A DNA stretch of 64,000 nucleotides from Glycera tridactyla (Eukaryota). The notes under the pieces were generated by a model. That model was not told the origin of the DNA, searched no databases, and was given only the letters and a program-made list of their open reading frames with translations. The position numbers and the translations under genes were made by a program. The stretch lies in contig OZ286462.1 of the NCBI GenBank assembly GCA_965644265.1, positions 38,192,001-38,256,000 of the forward strand, read 5' to 3'. Below, in pieces: positions 51,457 through 64,000 of this stretch (the first letter of the stretch is position 1; each line of letters opens with the position of its first letter).

Positions 51457-52019
51457 TACATATAGTCACCCACTTCTGGCAGGCGACAAAAAGGAAGACA
51501 TCTCTACTATAAGCACTGACCCAGAAGCTTACCACAGTATTTAGCCGAAATATAGAAATGCTCAGAAACATGCATGCTCACTCCATTGTCAGGTAAGGGC
51601 ATCCCCTCTCATCGGATCTGAACCTTGGCCATACTATTCTAATCATATCCGAGCTGGAGCTGGTGGTGCCTGTGGCAGGTGGTATGGGATATCTGGATTA
51701 TGGATGGATTACTTTGATGTCCGTCTAATCCCAACATGGCAGCCAGTAATTGTGATGTCATGATGGTAACTATGGTTACCGATGTATGCCACAAAGCATC
51801 TGTCAGATTCATCATACAAACAATAGTCTTTTTTTAGACGGGAAGGATTTGCTAGAAGTAATCCACGAATAATCTTCTGATCCCTTGTATCCAAGTAATG
51901 TTCAAGACTCCACTGCCTTTCTAATTATGTATAAGTACCCCTCTTGCTAGTCAGTATATATACTTGGTCTCTGAAAGGAACAAAAGATTGAAAATTGATT
52001 CAATACACAGCATTTCATA

Positions 52020-52195
52020 AAGTCGAACCTGTCTTTAGAGATCACCTACCGTAGTTCAAAGGTGGCTATTGTAGACAGGTGAACTTTGTAGAGGCTGTAC
52101 TGTAGAAAATACTATTGTAGTCACAGGGCAGTTTACTCTACATAATGTTATCATGGTCTTTGTAGGCAGGTGGTCTATGTATATATGTGGTCTCT
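52020..52195. mobile_element. Degenerate MITE
   Basis: agtcgaacctgtctttagag...gtggtctctcac. Confidence 0.55.
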
Positions 52196-52674
52196 CACGT
52201 AGATTTGAGGTGCATATCAATTCTGGTTGAAAAAAGACTGTTGAGAAACAATAAGATGTTTGCTACATATAATTTACAGATACTATAGTTGAGTCTTTGA
52301 AAAAAAAAAGAAATAGGAACACCAAGGATAAAATGAATGCAGGTGAGTATATTTCAGGTGGAATCCAGGATGAGTGACCAATGTCGATCCCAGCATTAGC
52401 CAGTCACATGAAACAGGTGGTCCTTCACCAGAGGTGTCCATAAACTTCAGATACTCCAGCTTGTACAGAAAAAGAGGGCAAGCAAGAGAAGTAAAGAGTG
52501 CCAGTGCATTTTTTCTTGTATAGTATCATGATACCCTGGTGGGCCAGTTAGCTGGGCTTGCTACTATTTGTTCAGCAGCCATTGGTGTAGGCTTCCAATT
52601 CTGGTGCCCTGTAATGACACACATGACCAATATCCTCTGATCCTCCTCTACCACAAAAACATCACAGGCCATTC

Positions 52675-53043
52675 TCACAGCCAACTTCCATGGCAACCTT
52701 TCACTAGGATTCAATGGGCTTCACAGAATGGCGTTCTATGTCTGTCTGTTTGTTTTGGCCTGTGTTCTGTCCATCTGTCTGTCTTCTCTGTTTGTCTGTC
52801 TGTCTTGTCTGTTCCTCTGGACCTGTCTGTCACATCCAGCACCCATGGCAACGTTTCACTAGAATTCACTGGGCTTCACAAAACATCATTCTATGTCTGT
52901 CTGTATTTGTGGGGTCGGTCTGTCAGTATGTTTTGACCTGTTTCTCTGTTCATCTGCCTGTCTGTCCATATATCTGTCCGTTTTGTCTGAACCTGTCCCT
53001 GTGTCTTTTGGTCTGTCTGTCTGCCTATCTGTCTGTCTTGTCA
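52675..53043 (+). repeat. 155-bp tandem repeat with (TCTG)n microsatellite, running into a gap
   Basis: ccatggcaac.tttcactag.attca.tgggcttcaca at 52688 and 52843. Confidence 0.8.
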
Positions 53044-53268
53044 NNNNNNNNNNNNNNNNNNNNNNNNNNNNNNNNNNNNNNNNNNNNNNNNNNNNNNNNN
53101 NNNNNNNNNNNNNNNNNNNNNNNNNNNNNNNNNNNNNNNNNNNNNNNNNNNNNNNNNNNNNNNNNNNNNNNNNNNNNNNNNNNNNNNNNNNNNNNNNNNN
53201 NNNNNNNNNNNNNNNNNNNNNNNNNNNNNNNNNNNNNNNNNNNNNNNNNNNNNNNNNNNNNNNNNNNN
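53044..53268. other. Assembly gap (225 N)
   Basis: N run. Confidence 1.
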
Positions 53269-54563
53269 TCTATCTCTCTCCATCTGGGTATCAAGTGCAC
53301 TGGAAACCTGAGGATAAGGGAGAAAGCAAAGAGAGCGAGAGAGACAAGAGAGATCTAAAGAGTGAGAATGTCTAATGGACATTTATTGAATACGAAGAAT
53401 TCTAAGCTACGATTGAATGTGACTGATCACCAACAGTGAATTCAGTAGCTTGAGAACTACAGAATGAGATTCAACCAAGAAATAAATAAATCACATAGGT
53501 GGTATCATATTGAGTTATAGAGATCACTGCAGCAGTTGCTGGGAAGAAGGCATACTGCATTGCTAAAGCAGTAGGGAAACAATATTTCCTGATTACATTT
53601 TCGTCACCATGTGGGAGAAGCGACAGTTAGCACAGTAGTCATTGAAGGTCTCAATGAACAATTTGCTTGTGTGGAACGAAAGGCCCAAATCCATCCGAGC
53701 CTGGGTCTCACGTGACGACAGCCTGTTTGGAGTGCCACTGGCTTGTTCTCTATTCGATAAAAAATGTCGAGCCCTCATTTTAATTCAGAGTAGCTGGAGA
53801 GGTATTAGCAGTGACATCAGTCTTCCATCAAGTACTGGACATCCGAGCATCAGACACGCCCAGCAGAGAACGAGAAGGTATCAAGACATTATCCTCTAAC
53901 TGACCATCATCTCCTTCAAAACATGACCTACACCCTGGCTCTGGGTGACTTCTATGCGACATTTGTGCACATTTCTCATATGCTTTCTGCAGTTTCAAAG
54001 ATCAATTCCTTCTCCCAATATTGATTGTGGAAGTTTGTTGTATGCTTCAATGAATTGAAATAAATATACAGTGTCTTGTTATACCTTCGTCATCAAGCAG
54101 AAAGTGTGCTATCTATGGATTTCATGAGGACATCTATGAAACACATGAGGATATCATTTGCACTGCTAATACAGTGGAACCTTCACAGATCAAACACCCT
54201 GAATTCCTCAAAATTTGATAACTCACTGACAGGTGCTCACTGGTTTCAGGTATATTTGCTAGGGAATGATAGAAAGTTCAGGGGAAAAATGCTTGGTCAT
54301 GACATGCATGTTGAACAGTATTAGTGTTTGATCCTTCAAAAGAGTACTCATTATTACCTATATACATGGTCTTGTGTATTCCAGTGGAGGACACCAAAGA
54401 TGCATGAGCATGCCAAGTACAAAATCTGTGAGCATTACAAATCCCTGGGGTGACTCCATTAGTATACTTGACCTCGTAGTGATAACGACATATATTTGGC
54501 TCAATTTGGCTCAAGGTCTCAATATAGGTGATTCCACAGAGATGATCATTAACTTGTGAAGGA

Positions 54564-54757
54564 GAGTGTAGTTCTCCCACTATGGCATCTGACATCTTAA
54601 ATATAACAGTGAACAACTGCCTAAAACAACAGTGAGCAACCAGGCCCCAACCGACAACTTGTGCAGGCGAGTGTACTTCTTTCACTATGGCATCTGACAT
54701 CTTGAAAGTAATAGTGAACAACTGCCTGAAACAACAGTGAGCAACCAGGCCCCAACC
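54564..54757 (+). repeat. 105-bp tandem duplication
   Basis: gagtgta...cactatggcatctgacatctt...gtgaacaactgcct.aaacaacagtgagcaaccaggccccaacc occurs twice. Explains the repeated peptide in the 180-aa ORF. Confidence 0.9.
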
Positions 54758-55012
54758 AGCAAAGCCCGGTCTGTATTGGCTGTAGTGTGCGGTGTTGGCA
54801 TGCCATGATTCAGGCTTCACATGTCAGAGATGATTCATCAGGATTTATTGTTGATCTCAGCCGGTATCTGCACTCATCACTTGTGACAGCTATAAGATCA
54901 GATGTTAAGAATCACAGATGACACCTGTCACAATAAATGATTCATGTGCTTCATCAACATATGTCGGCCAGAATCTAAACATCACATCGATATATCATAA
55001 TACATACATGTA

Positions 55013-55187
55013 CAGTGAAACCTGTGATGAGAGCCCAGCCTATATGTCAACAAAAAGTGATCTCTCAAAAGAGGTGGTCTCTCGTCAGAGGTATATATGA
55101 CTATGTCTAATAAAATGCTGCCCTGGAAAAGTGGTCTCTTGTCAGAGTTGATCTCTCATTAGGGGTCTCTTGTCACAGGTTTCACTG
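55013..55187. mobile_element. Tc1/mariner-type MITE
   Basis: Perfect 15-bp TIR cagtgaaacctgtga with TA on both sides. Confidence 0.9.
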
Positions 55188-57605
55188 TATGTACATACTG
55201 AGTAAAAGCAAAAGTTCATACTATGAAAATGGGTATATGGGATAGATTGGATACCATTGATGTAGGTGACAGTTCCGTACACATCTCGAAAGCTACATGG
55301 TGGATCATTACATTATTTATGGTATCCTGTGGACAGAGCTTTCACCTCTCATCATACACTTTATCATCCACCCCAGATCTCCCTGTTGTTGCAGTTTATG
55401 TGGGTAAATACTACCTACAAGATGAAATTATTTTCAACTCCCTCGGCTTATGATCTCATCAAATTCTGATTTATTACTACTGAATAGCACCAACAAAATC
55501 ATTAGGTATATTCAGAAAAACTAGGTAACGACTCAAAACTCATACTCAGCGTGAATTTAAATCAAATTTTTCGCTTTTGTGAAATTTTATACAAGATCAT
55601 TGGAATTCACTGGCAAGATCATAAGTCACATTCCAGAAAATCCTTCAAATTCCTTTTCTTTAGAGATCACTCAGGAAAAACTACTAGGGATATTCAATAC
55701 ATCTGAATAATGTGTCGAACCTGACAAAATTATTTTCGAATACATATTTCAATGCTGTGAAATATCATACATGATACTAAATAGTACTGGGAAATTTTAC
55801 AAAGCTTGACTGTATCTCAGATTCGAGCACACTGTTTTCGAATTTCTTCTTCTCAATTTTTTTAGATGTCACACTTTCATATAGAAATACCACTGCTAAA
55901 CACACACCAGGTTGGTTATAGAAACGGATCACGTGATCTCACCACAGCAAAAACCCGGCGGCCATTAGCTGAAGAGGAAATGTGGATCCATTTCAAAAGT
56001 TTCATCAAGAACCTTCCAACACTGTGAGTACCGAGTACCTCTCAGCATGGATGATACTAGTTTTCAAAAATCATACCAAACTGTGACAGGTACACATAAT
56101 GGATCATGTTATTCGGTGTTTGTCAATTACGCTGTCGTATGTTTGAAGTTGATATGCAATGAAACTGTGATGAGACATGAAGGTACCAATGTGTATTTCT
56201 GATACCATGTGAGATGATGGTGGGTGATTTGAGAATATGGTCTTCAAGCCTGCAGGTGACATGTTGCTCTCTTTCATGTCAAAGATCAATGACAGACTAC
56301 ACAAATTGCATGTGTGAACTACTTCCATACCAGATATTGATACACATGTGGTGGAAATGTGTGAAAACAAGGACTAGTGCTCTGTTCGTCTGGCTTTCCA
56401 TCTGTCTATCCAATGGTTTGTTTTTTCCCTCCCTACACACAAACCCTCTGCAAAAATGAGATTACATGTGATGTGTATGCAAATGCATGTACATGCTGTT
56501 GTGCCAACATCATTAGGTCATATCTGAAGGTGAAACACAAATATGGCCACCATCCTTGCTATGTAAAAAGAAGTAAATTTGGCAAATTTGGCGCACTCGA
56601 GTTAAATATGCAAGTGATTTTGATCATGACCATAGTTATGATCACTGAAGATGTGAACAAAGTGAGTCTTCACTCAATCGGATCCAAATTGATGTGATGA
56701 TGGGAGAACAAAAAACATTTGCAAACTTTATTGTTACTATTGGGAATAAAATTCCTTTTTTCCTCTGGTTGAGAAAAGAAATATAAGATTTGTTTGTGAT
56801 TACAATGTTCATGGTGGAATGCAGAAGTTAGTTGAAATGAATTGAAATACAATTTATGGCTACTAGAACCATTCACAATGAAGCTCATGTTTCCTGTGTA
56901 GCAATATATCAGGGGATATCTTTCCCTGGGTTCTCACACCAGGAAGGAATGTGCCCATAACATCAACATCTGTATGCTGGCGGGGATTTGGAACAGATGC
57001 CAAGGGTCTATACCAATGTGATAAGCTCTCACATATGATAAATTTCCTGCATATTAACTATTTAGTACTGACAAACCACAGATGCAAGCATCTCCCATTG
57101 ATCATTGGCTATGTTGTCATATTCTTAACTAGTATAAAGGGATTTAATCACTAGTATGGGAAGGATATACAAATACAAAACTGGTTTTAAAGTGATCAAG
57201 ATTTAAATCATCCATTGAAATAATAGCATCATATTCTTATTCCAAGTGAATATAGTCAAAATAGTTTAATTAGCAGGAATTCATGGTCTATCTCCCGTTT
57301 GTTGGTTGTACAATTTCTTACCTATGCTTTACCCATGGCTATGAAAACTCACAGCTAATTTAAAGAAAGGAAATTTGGTGAAGCACTTCAACACACCATC
57401 TGGCCATCAAAACTGACCCAAAATGCAAATCAGTAGTTAATATTTCCCTCAATATTGAGCATGCTGAATTTGTTTCTACATGGGAAGGAATGAATTCAAT
57501 TTTGTAGAAATATTGAAGACATTTTCTATCTTGCCCTTTCAGGCAACATACAGGTCAAGAAACAGAGATCTCCACTCGCAGCCATTGCATAGGCATCTCA
57601 AAATA

Positions 57606-57742
57606 GGATGAAACCTGCAATGAAAGGTCTGCCCAAAATGGTGGTCTCTGGCCAGCAGTATTTGTGAAGAAGTCAAATGAAAATTCCACCCTGAAAAAAG
57701 GGGTCTCTCATTGGGGGTCTCCTGACACAAGATTCACCATAG
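57606..57742. mobile_element. Degenerate MITE
   Basis: tgaaacctgcaatga...ggggtctcctgacacaagattcac. Confidence 0.55.
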
Positions 57743-59949
57743 TCCATGTGAAATTGATGAGCAGCAACCAACAACCAAGAAACCACAAATCATGACACAA
57801 TTTTCACACATTTATCCTGGTGCTACTGACTGTGGATGCCTACAGGATCCAGGCATGATGTGGTTAACGGGGGATTGTATGTGTTCCCATGCTTTATTGG
57901 TTATTGCCATGAGTCAGCAGTGCTGGGGCATGTATGTATGTATGTGTCATCACAGGACTGCAAATTGCCTGCCGCTAAACACTTAATGAAATGTACACAG
58001 AGCTAAATGAGCAGCATTTAACTAGTGTATGAATGACAAATCTAACTGCATGACCTCACCCTGTCTGAGCCCATTAGTTTAAACAAATCACTCATTCAGA
58101 TATTTCCTGGCTGGGGGTGGACTTGGGGGGAAATCAGGACGAAAACAGAATGTTTTCAATAAAATTTGCAAATGCTCAAACAACACTGTTATAAATCAAG
58201 CTACTGAGAGAGATGGCAATATGAATGAAGAACTGTATTTTTCCCGTCACTGTCAGAGTTTTCTCTGCTGTGGTCCAAAAATGTAAGCATGAACAAGCAT
58301 ATTGATGATATCCACAAGAATGGCGCCAAACAACTCCTGATATAAAATGAGATCTATGGAGCTTCAATTAACAATGAATATTACATGAATTAATGAGTGG
58401 CTTTCAAGTTTCAATCTATCAAGAATGAAGAAATTTAACAAGGAAATGAATGGAGAAAATATTCATCATACATGGGTCACAGATCTTAGCCAGCAGAAGA
58501 GAGCTACCATGCTTGTAATGTCTCCAAAATATCAACAAGACCTCATCCAGAGCTATTGACCGATAGACATATTTCCAGATACACTGTATATCGATAAAAT
58601 CTTTGCTCACACTCTGTCTCTTTGATTAAGGCAGAAAATTTACCATGTATTCAGCATGAGACAAGTGAACAGAGATGATTTGCAGGCTCCCTATCATGTG
58701 GCAGATTACTGTTTTCTGACAAGGAAAGACGCATATCGTCACGTCCAACGACGAAGCAGAATCGAGTGACTGGATTCTGAATATGCTTGTCAGATAGATA
58801 TCGATATGCATGTTATACATGTGATTCGTGATGACACGATGAATGTGTTCATTTTATTTATTCAATTTACAGTATTATCTTGGCCTGATGAACCAGCTTG
58901 TTGGCTCTCGGGTATGATGAATATATGATATCCAATACATGTCCATGAGATGAAATAACAGTTTTTCAACTTAAACTTCAGATGACTCAAAGGTGCAATA
59001 TCAGGCATACACAAAGTTGCTCATTTCCGATGAAGGAAGTCTGGATTTCCTGAGGACGAGAGGAATCAAGCAAGCACAGGTGATATGCAGGCATGTTGTG
59101 CATGCAGGCGCTTATCTCCAAACAGGAAATTCTAAAATTCTTCACCATGTTCCGAGAGTGTACACATTCACTTCATCCTTGTGTGTACGGCAAGCTTTGA
59201 TTGACTCTAGAGTCACAGCTCTGCATGCAAATCCCTTTCACTTCATTTACCACTGGATGCCGTGTAGTTTTCAGCGGTGAGAGGGACAGTAATAGCTGGG
59301 TCAGACTCGATATCATTTCCTGGAGCGTCAGGCCCGGCTTAACACAGTTAGACGCTGCTCAAAACATATGTAGGCCATATTCAACTCTTCTATCACCACA
59401 TTTATGCCACGCTCATTTGGATTCCTATCTCACCACCTCACATCATAAATCTGTGAACTAGTTATGTTTATTAAACCTGACTCTGAAACGCAAACGACTA
59501 GACCCAGCCTAGATTTCTTTTATCTAGAAAACAAATGACCCCATGGCACTGATTATCAGCCAAATTTCGACAGGCATCCATTTTTGTTCAGCTGACAACT
59601 CTGATGATTTTTGAGAGAGCAAGAGTCTGACCAGTATGTCACTGAACTGTCAGATAAGGCAAACTCTCAAATGTACACACTTACTTCAGACACTTATGGT
59701 ACATTCATGATTGAGTGGAATGTATCTTTGGTTGCATCTGTGTAGATGATTGAATCGAGTGAAGTCTTTTATCCACGCTCGGCCTGTATGTCAGCTGATC
59801 CGCTGCCTGTCAACCAGACCTAGATATCATGCCCATGTAATAAATGCCAAGCCAAGGTTGATATTTATCCTACTTTCTCAAATTCTCTAAACTTTTCTCT
59901 CACAAGGCAGGTGCTTTTTACAATCAACAATGACAAATATATGCAGGTA

Positions 59950-60208
59950 CAGCCAAACTTGTCCAGAAAGATCACTTTTGCTAACATAAAAAGGTGGTCT
60001 TTGTAGAGAGGTGGCCATATTGTTAACTGTAGAAACTACTTTGATATCACAGCCCATGGTGCCCCTTATAGCCAGTTAGCTTTTATATGAAGGTAGTCTC
60101 AAACTAGTCAAACCTCCTCTAAAGACCACCTCTCTATAAAGGCTGCTCTGAGCTGCAACCATGGTAGTATTTTTAATAGTAAATGACCTCTCTAAAAAGA
60201 CCACCATC
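59950..60208. mobile_element. Two degenerate MITE fragments
   Basis: TA|cagccaaacttgtc... and tagtcaaacctcctctaaagaccacc..., the latter matching the 22821 copy. Confidence 0.6.
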
Positions 60209-60718
60209 ATATAAAGATATAAAGAGAGGAAGTAATATTCACAGAGGAATGATAACAATGAATGTTCCATTTAAACAATTCCAAGTGCACATCCCAGGTT
60301 TTCACCAAGTGAGTGATATTTTGTGAATCTCCAACATCTAATATGAGGATGGGTGAGATTCATGATTATCAAGCTACTAGGTATTGATTGAGACCAGTGC
60401 TAATCTCAGCCTAATCCATTAGTTAATGGAGCAATAAGAATGACAATCATAATAAGCCTGACCTCAGATTCAACACACACCAACCCCATCTTCCAATATG
60501 GTTTCCTCCCATTTCTCAGAATCAATCTTTATAGCCCCATTCAACTCATACCCTGTTTCATTTCAATTCTTTCTCTCCTGCAATAGGGAGATTTGAATGG
60601 GCTTGCTTTGATCTATATGATTCATATTACTATTCTTTTGGTGTTATTGTTAAAAATTGGTGATTCCGAAAATGTTATTTGCACCAAGCAGATACAACAA
60701 TCCTGGATATTTTGAATA

Positions 60719-60842
60719 CAGTGATACCTCTTGTGAGAGACCCCTCTTTTGAGAGACTGCTTTTCGTTGGTTCATTCCTTTTTGGCATAGTCAAATATAC
60801 CTCCAATGAGAGACCACCTCTCTTGAAAGACCGCTGGTGGTT
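60719..60842. mobile_element. Partial MITE
   Basis: TA|cagtgatacctcttgtgagagacc..., the reverse complement of the 46931 family interior. Confidence 0.65.
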
Positions 60843-60849
60843 AGCTTTT

Positions 60850-61090
60850 TTTTGTTTGTTTGAGGCTTAACGGCATGTATCAACCCACAGGATTATTTAT
60901 GCCGTGTGTTCCTGGTTGATGAAAGCTAGAATTTCTCTTCCCTGCAGACATCACTCTCACAAACCCTGAACACCAGATGATGGGGAACCTGAGAGGTTGT
61001 CAAGTGGAAGTAGCTGACAGTTCAAACACACCTCTACCTAATCTGAACATATACACAATAAACCTAGGATGGCATATCTAACTATATAGC
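60850..61090. mobile_element. SINE-like interspersed repeat copy with a (TTTG)n end
   Basis: Matches the reverse complement of 39525-39750 (tcttccctgca...ctcacaaaccctgaacac.agatgatg.ggaacctga.ag.ttgtcaagtggaagtagctgacagttca) and the 62238-62565 copies. Confidence 0.7.
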
Positions 61091-61554
61091 TGGCTGGAAG
61101 CTAACACCCAAGCCTGATAGCAATGCATTTTTTTTTTCGCAAAGCGCAGCACTTGACACATAGAAAAGCATTAGGTTAGGAGAATACTCAACCGAAGTGT
61201 TCAATTACAAACTGCCAACTTCAAACCAGCTTTACAATAATTTCATGTCCTATACTCGCAGTACGATGCCATCACACATCCTAGTAACCTAGTCATCAGC
61301 CCTAGTAACCCAAAACTGGTGTGCTTGGCTGGTGGTTAACATTTGGGGCGGTCTCCCAAGAGAGGTTTCACAGTACTCATATTCAATATTGATGACAGCA
61401 AGGATGACAAAAAAATGACAATGATGATGATGACAAAAATCATGGGAGGGATTACTATTGTTTTATCCTTACATCTTTTGTAACCTTCTCAACCCCACCT
61501 CATTTTTGGGGAGAATATTCTCATATGTAGTCTTGATGTATTCAAATTTGAATC

Positions 61555-61774
61555 CAATAGCTGTCCTCGAGGAGCTGTGGATGGAGTTGGACAGGGGTCA
61601 AGATTCCTTCAATCTCGGCTGGGCCGCCAGGTCTCCCTTCTTCAGGGGTCTGAAATGTAAAGTGCCCAAAACCCCAACCTGGTATTTCACTGATGACTTG
61701 TCCAACTTTGCCTTGGCTGATCATGGTCTTGCTAGCATTGTCATTGTGCCAGATGAGTGCGGTATCATCTTTTC
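61555..61774 (-). repeat. Unclassified interspersed repeat (copy 2)
   Basis: gatgataccgcactcatc..cacaatgacaatgc.agcaagaccatga...cagacccct.aagaaggga...gaggacagctattg is shared with 23488-23692. Confidence 0.8.
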
Positions 61775-62237
61775 TACTTATGATTGATGTAGAGAAGATG
61801 GGGATGATATATGCAACTTCATCCACATAAGAAGGTAATGAGGACAGTTAACTCGGGAGTCTGATAAATCTACTGAGGACATTGGCGAGGTTGGACATGT
61901 ACGGCTGATGACTGCCTTGTCTGATGCGTACCATGACGTGACGGCAGTTCGGGTTTCCACTGTTCGGAGGACATGGATGCCGCCATCTGATATGTGCTTA
62001 GGATGAGAAATGAGCATGCCAGCAGGATATGATGATGCTCAACACCCCTTGGAGACTACGGGGCCGATACATATTTCACCCAGGATGACTACTGATGACT
62101 CGTGTACGTGCAGTTTCTTAGACATTGATATCTTTGTTGCCTGTGTTACTTTAAACTATTATCCAAACTTTTTATTCAAAACCTACCATCAATATGTATA
62201 AGACCAAGTTAGTCACTGTCATAACTTCTGTGATGAT

Positions 62238-62565
62238 TGATTGATTGATTGTTTGTTTGTGACTTAATGGCATGTATCAATGATACATGATTTATCTATG
62301 ACATGTGTTCCTCATCATCACTAGCTGGATGACCTGTTTCTTGCAGGCATCACTTTCACAAACCCTAAACAGTATATGACTTGTTTGTTTGTGACCTAAT
62401 GGGATGTATCAACTGAAGGATTACCTTTGACATTCGTCCCTCATCAACACCAGCTGGATGACCTGTTTATGGCAGGCATCACTTTCACAAACCTTAAACA
62501 CAAGATGACTGAGAACAAGAAAGGCTTTCAAGTGGAAGTATTTGTAGCTGACATCTCAGAAATAA
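62238..62565. mobile_element. Tandemly duplicated SINE-like repeat
   Basis: Two units of about 140 bp: ttgtttgtttgtgac.taatgg.atgtatcaa...agctggatgacctgttt...gcaggcatcactttcacaaacc.taaaca. Confidence 0.7.
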
Positions 62566-64000
62566 GCAGAATACCAGATCCATGAACATCATTGACTCTG
62601 CCCACTCATCACAAAACATCGATGGATCTCTGAATCTCTGGGGATCCAGCCTCATTTCATGGGTGTTGCCTGCAGAATTCAAACATTCACAAATTCAGAT
62701 GATCTCCTCTTTATGCCATTCATGGAGTAATGGTGAATGTAATAGAGAATGATCTTTGAATACATCAACTGGGGTTCAACAAGGTGGAGTACTGCGAGAT
62801 GATTATCTAAAGTGATGAGGTGAAGGTCAACCAAGTCAGAGAAATTTAGAAAGTGGCACAATATTACTAGTTTCACACAACTCTATTAAACTTTTTCTGG
62901 CTCAATTATTTATAATTGATTGTTTGTTAAAGGCTTTCACCTTGATTCTTCATCTCTTCTCCCTTGTTATCCCCTTCTGCCTCACATGGTATGAAGCTTG
63001 AAGGACACCCAGTGAACAGGGATTCACTAAGGAATCGATCCAATTGATCGAATACAGTTTCAATTCTATCAATCAATGTTAACTCCTTGGAATCAATTTT
63101 ATGTATTCCATCATTGAAAAGACTGACTTCATGATGAGATGTTTTTCCCCCTCAAGCTAAATATGAATTTGGCGGTTGAATGCAAAAAATGGCAAGAAAT
63201 CTCTTGATCAAAGTGAGAGAATCCTATAAGAAGAGTTTCATGATCTCACGAAGTTGAGCTGGCTCCTTTTGTGGAGAAAGCACCAGTGAGATTTGCCTAA
63301 ACAGCCTTCACTGTAGACCAGTAGAGGCACATATATATTCCCTTTTCCACTGTAAATACTGCTTGCAACTAATACATCCCAGAATCATTTTATAAAAGAC
63401 ATCTTATGTTTGTCTATACAGATGTGAGAATTGACAGGATTGGCCTACACCGATGAAAACACAGCCATAAAGAACAATTTGCCATTGGACACAATGCGGT
63501 AAATCAGGTGATAAGATTGGTTTTACGAGTCGAGTATCGACATTTAAGCATCACCCAGCATTGCGAAAAGTTAACCTCAATCAAGATGATGGCAGTGGGA
63601 GTGTTGCAATCTCGGACGAAAAAACAACGGTGGCGGCACATACAAATAGTTCCCTTTAAATAATGGGGAACCAGTCCGCTCTATATATGAATCAAAAGTC
63701 TGGCACCTGACAAACTGACGGATGACGAGATCAGCTGGTTTCCTGACATGTCTGTCTATTCCTGAGATGTCTTACGGACTTCCTCTCACACTGCCGAGAT
63801 GACAATATCCTGACTGCCTTCACCTGCTGCCATTTGCACACAATTTCACATTTGTAATGGTGGGAGGGGCAGGTGCATCATGTCTGACTTTTATCAGTGC
63901 ATCGAATTTTTCTCAACATTCCCTGTGACAAATATTCATTGGAGACAACCTATGGGACTCATTATTCACTCAAATTCAAAACATCGAAAACTGTTTTTTT

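Overview
This is AT-rich, CpG-poor animal genomic DNA with spliceosomal introns, four N gaps, microsatellites and many small transposons. The repeat types suggest a marine invertebrate, but the species cannot be determined from the sequence. All convincing coding sequence is on the minus strand. (1) A 7-EC, single-TM protocadherin is encoded by two large exons (25273-26322 and 20804-22722) joined by a phase-1 intron. Its last visible exon ends at a phase-0 donor. (2) Downstream on the same strand is a 7-exon, frame-intact G2E3-like HECT E3 ligase unit (7240-15076; 793 aa from the first visible exon), and that first exon is entered in phase 0. (3) An isolated Ser/Pro/Thr-rich phase 0-0 exon at 38-289 may be the protocadherin's cytoplasmic tail. 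The most interesting possibility is that the HECT cassette is nested on the same strand inside a protocadherin intron and is splice-compatible with it. That would allow either a normal tail or a membrane protocadherin-HECT ligase fusion of about 1766 aa. This is an inference from splice phases, not from transcript data. The 37 kb upstream (26.4-64 kb) has no convincing protein-coding gene. It holds about 20 TA-flanked Tc1/mariner-type MITEs window-wide, a Helentron-like element with 144-145 bp tandem units, SINE-like copies, decayed repeats, and a CpG-rich block (41063-41760) that may be the 5' UTR exon.
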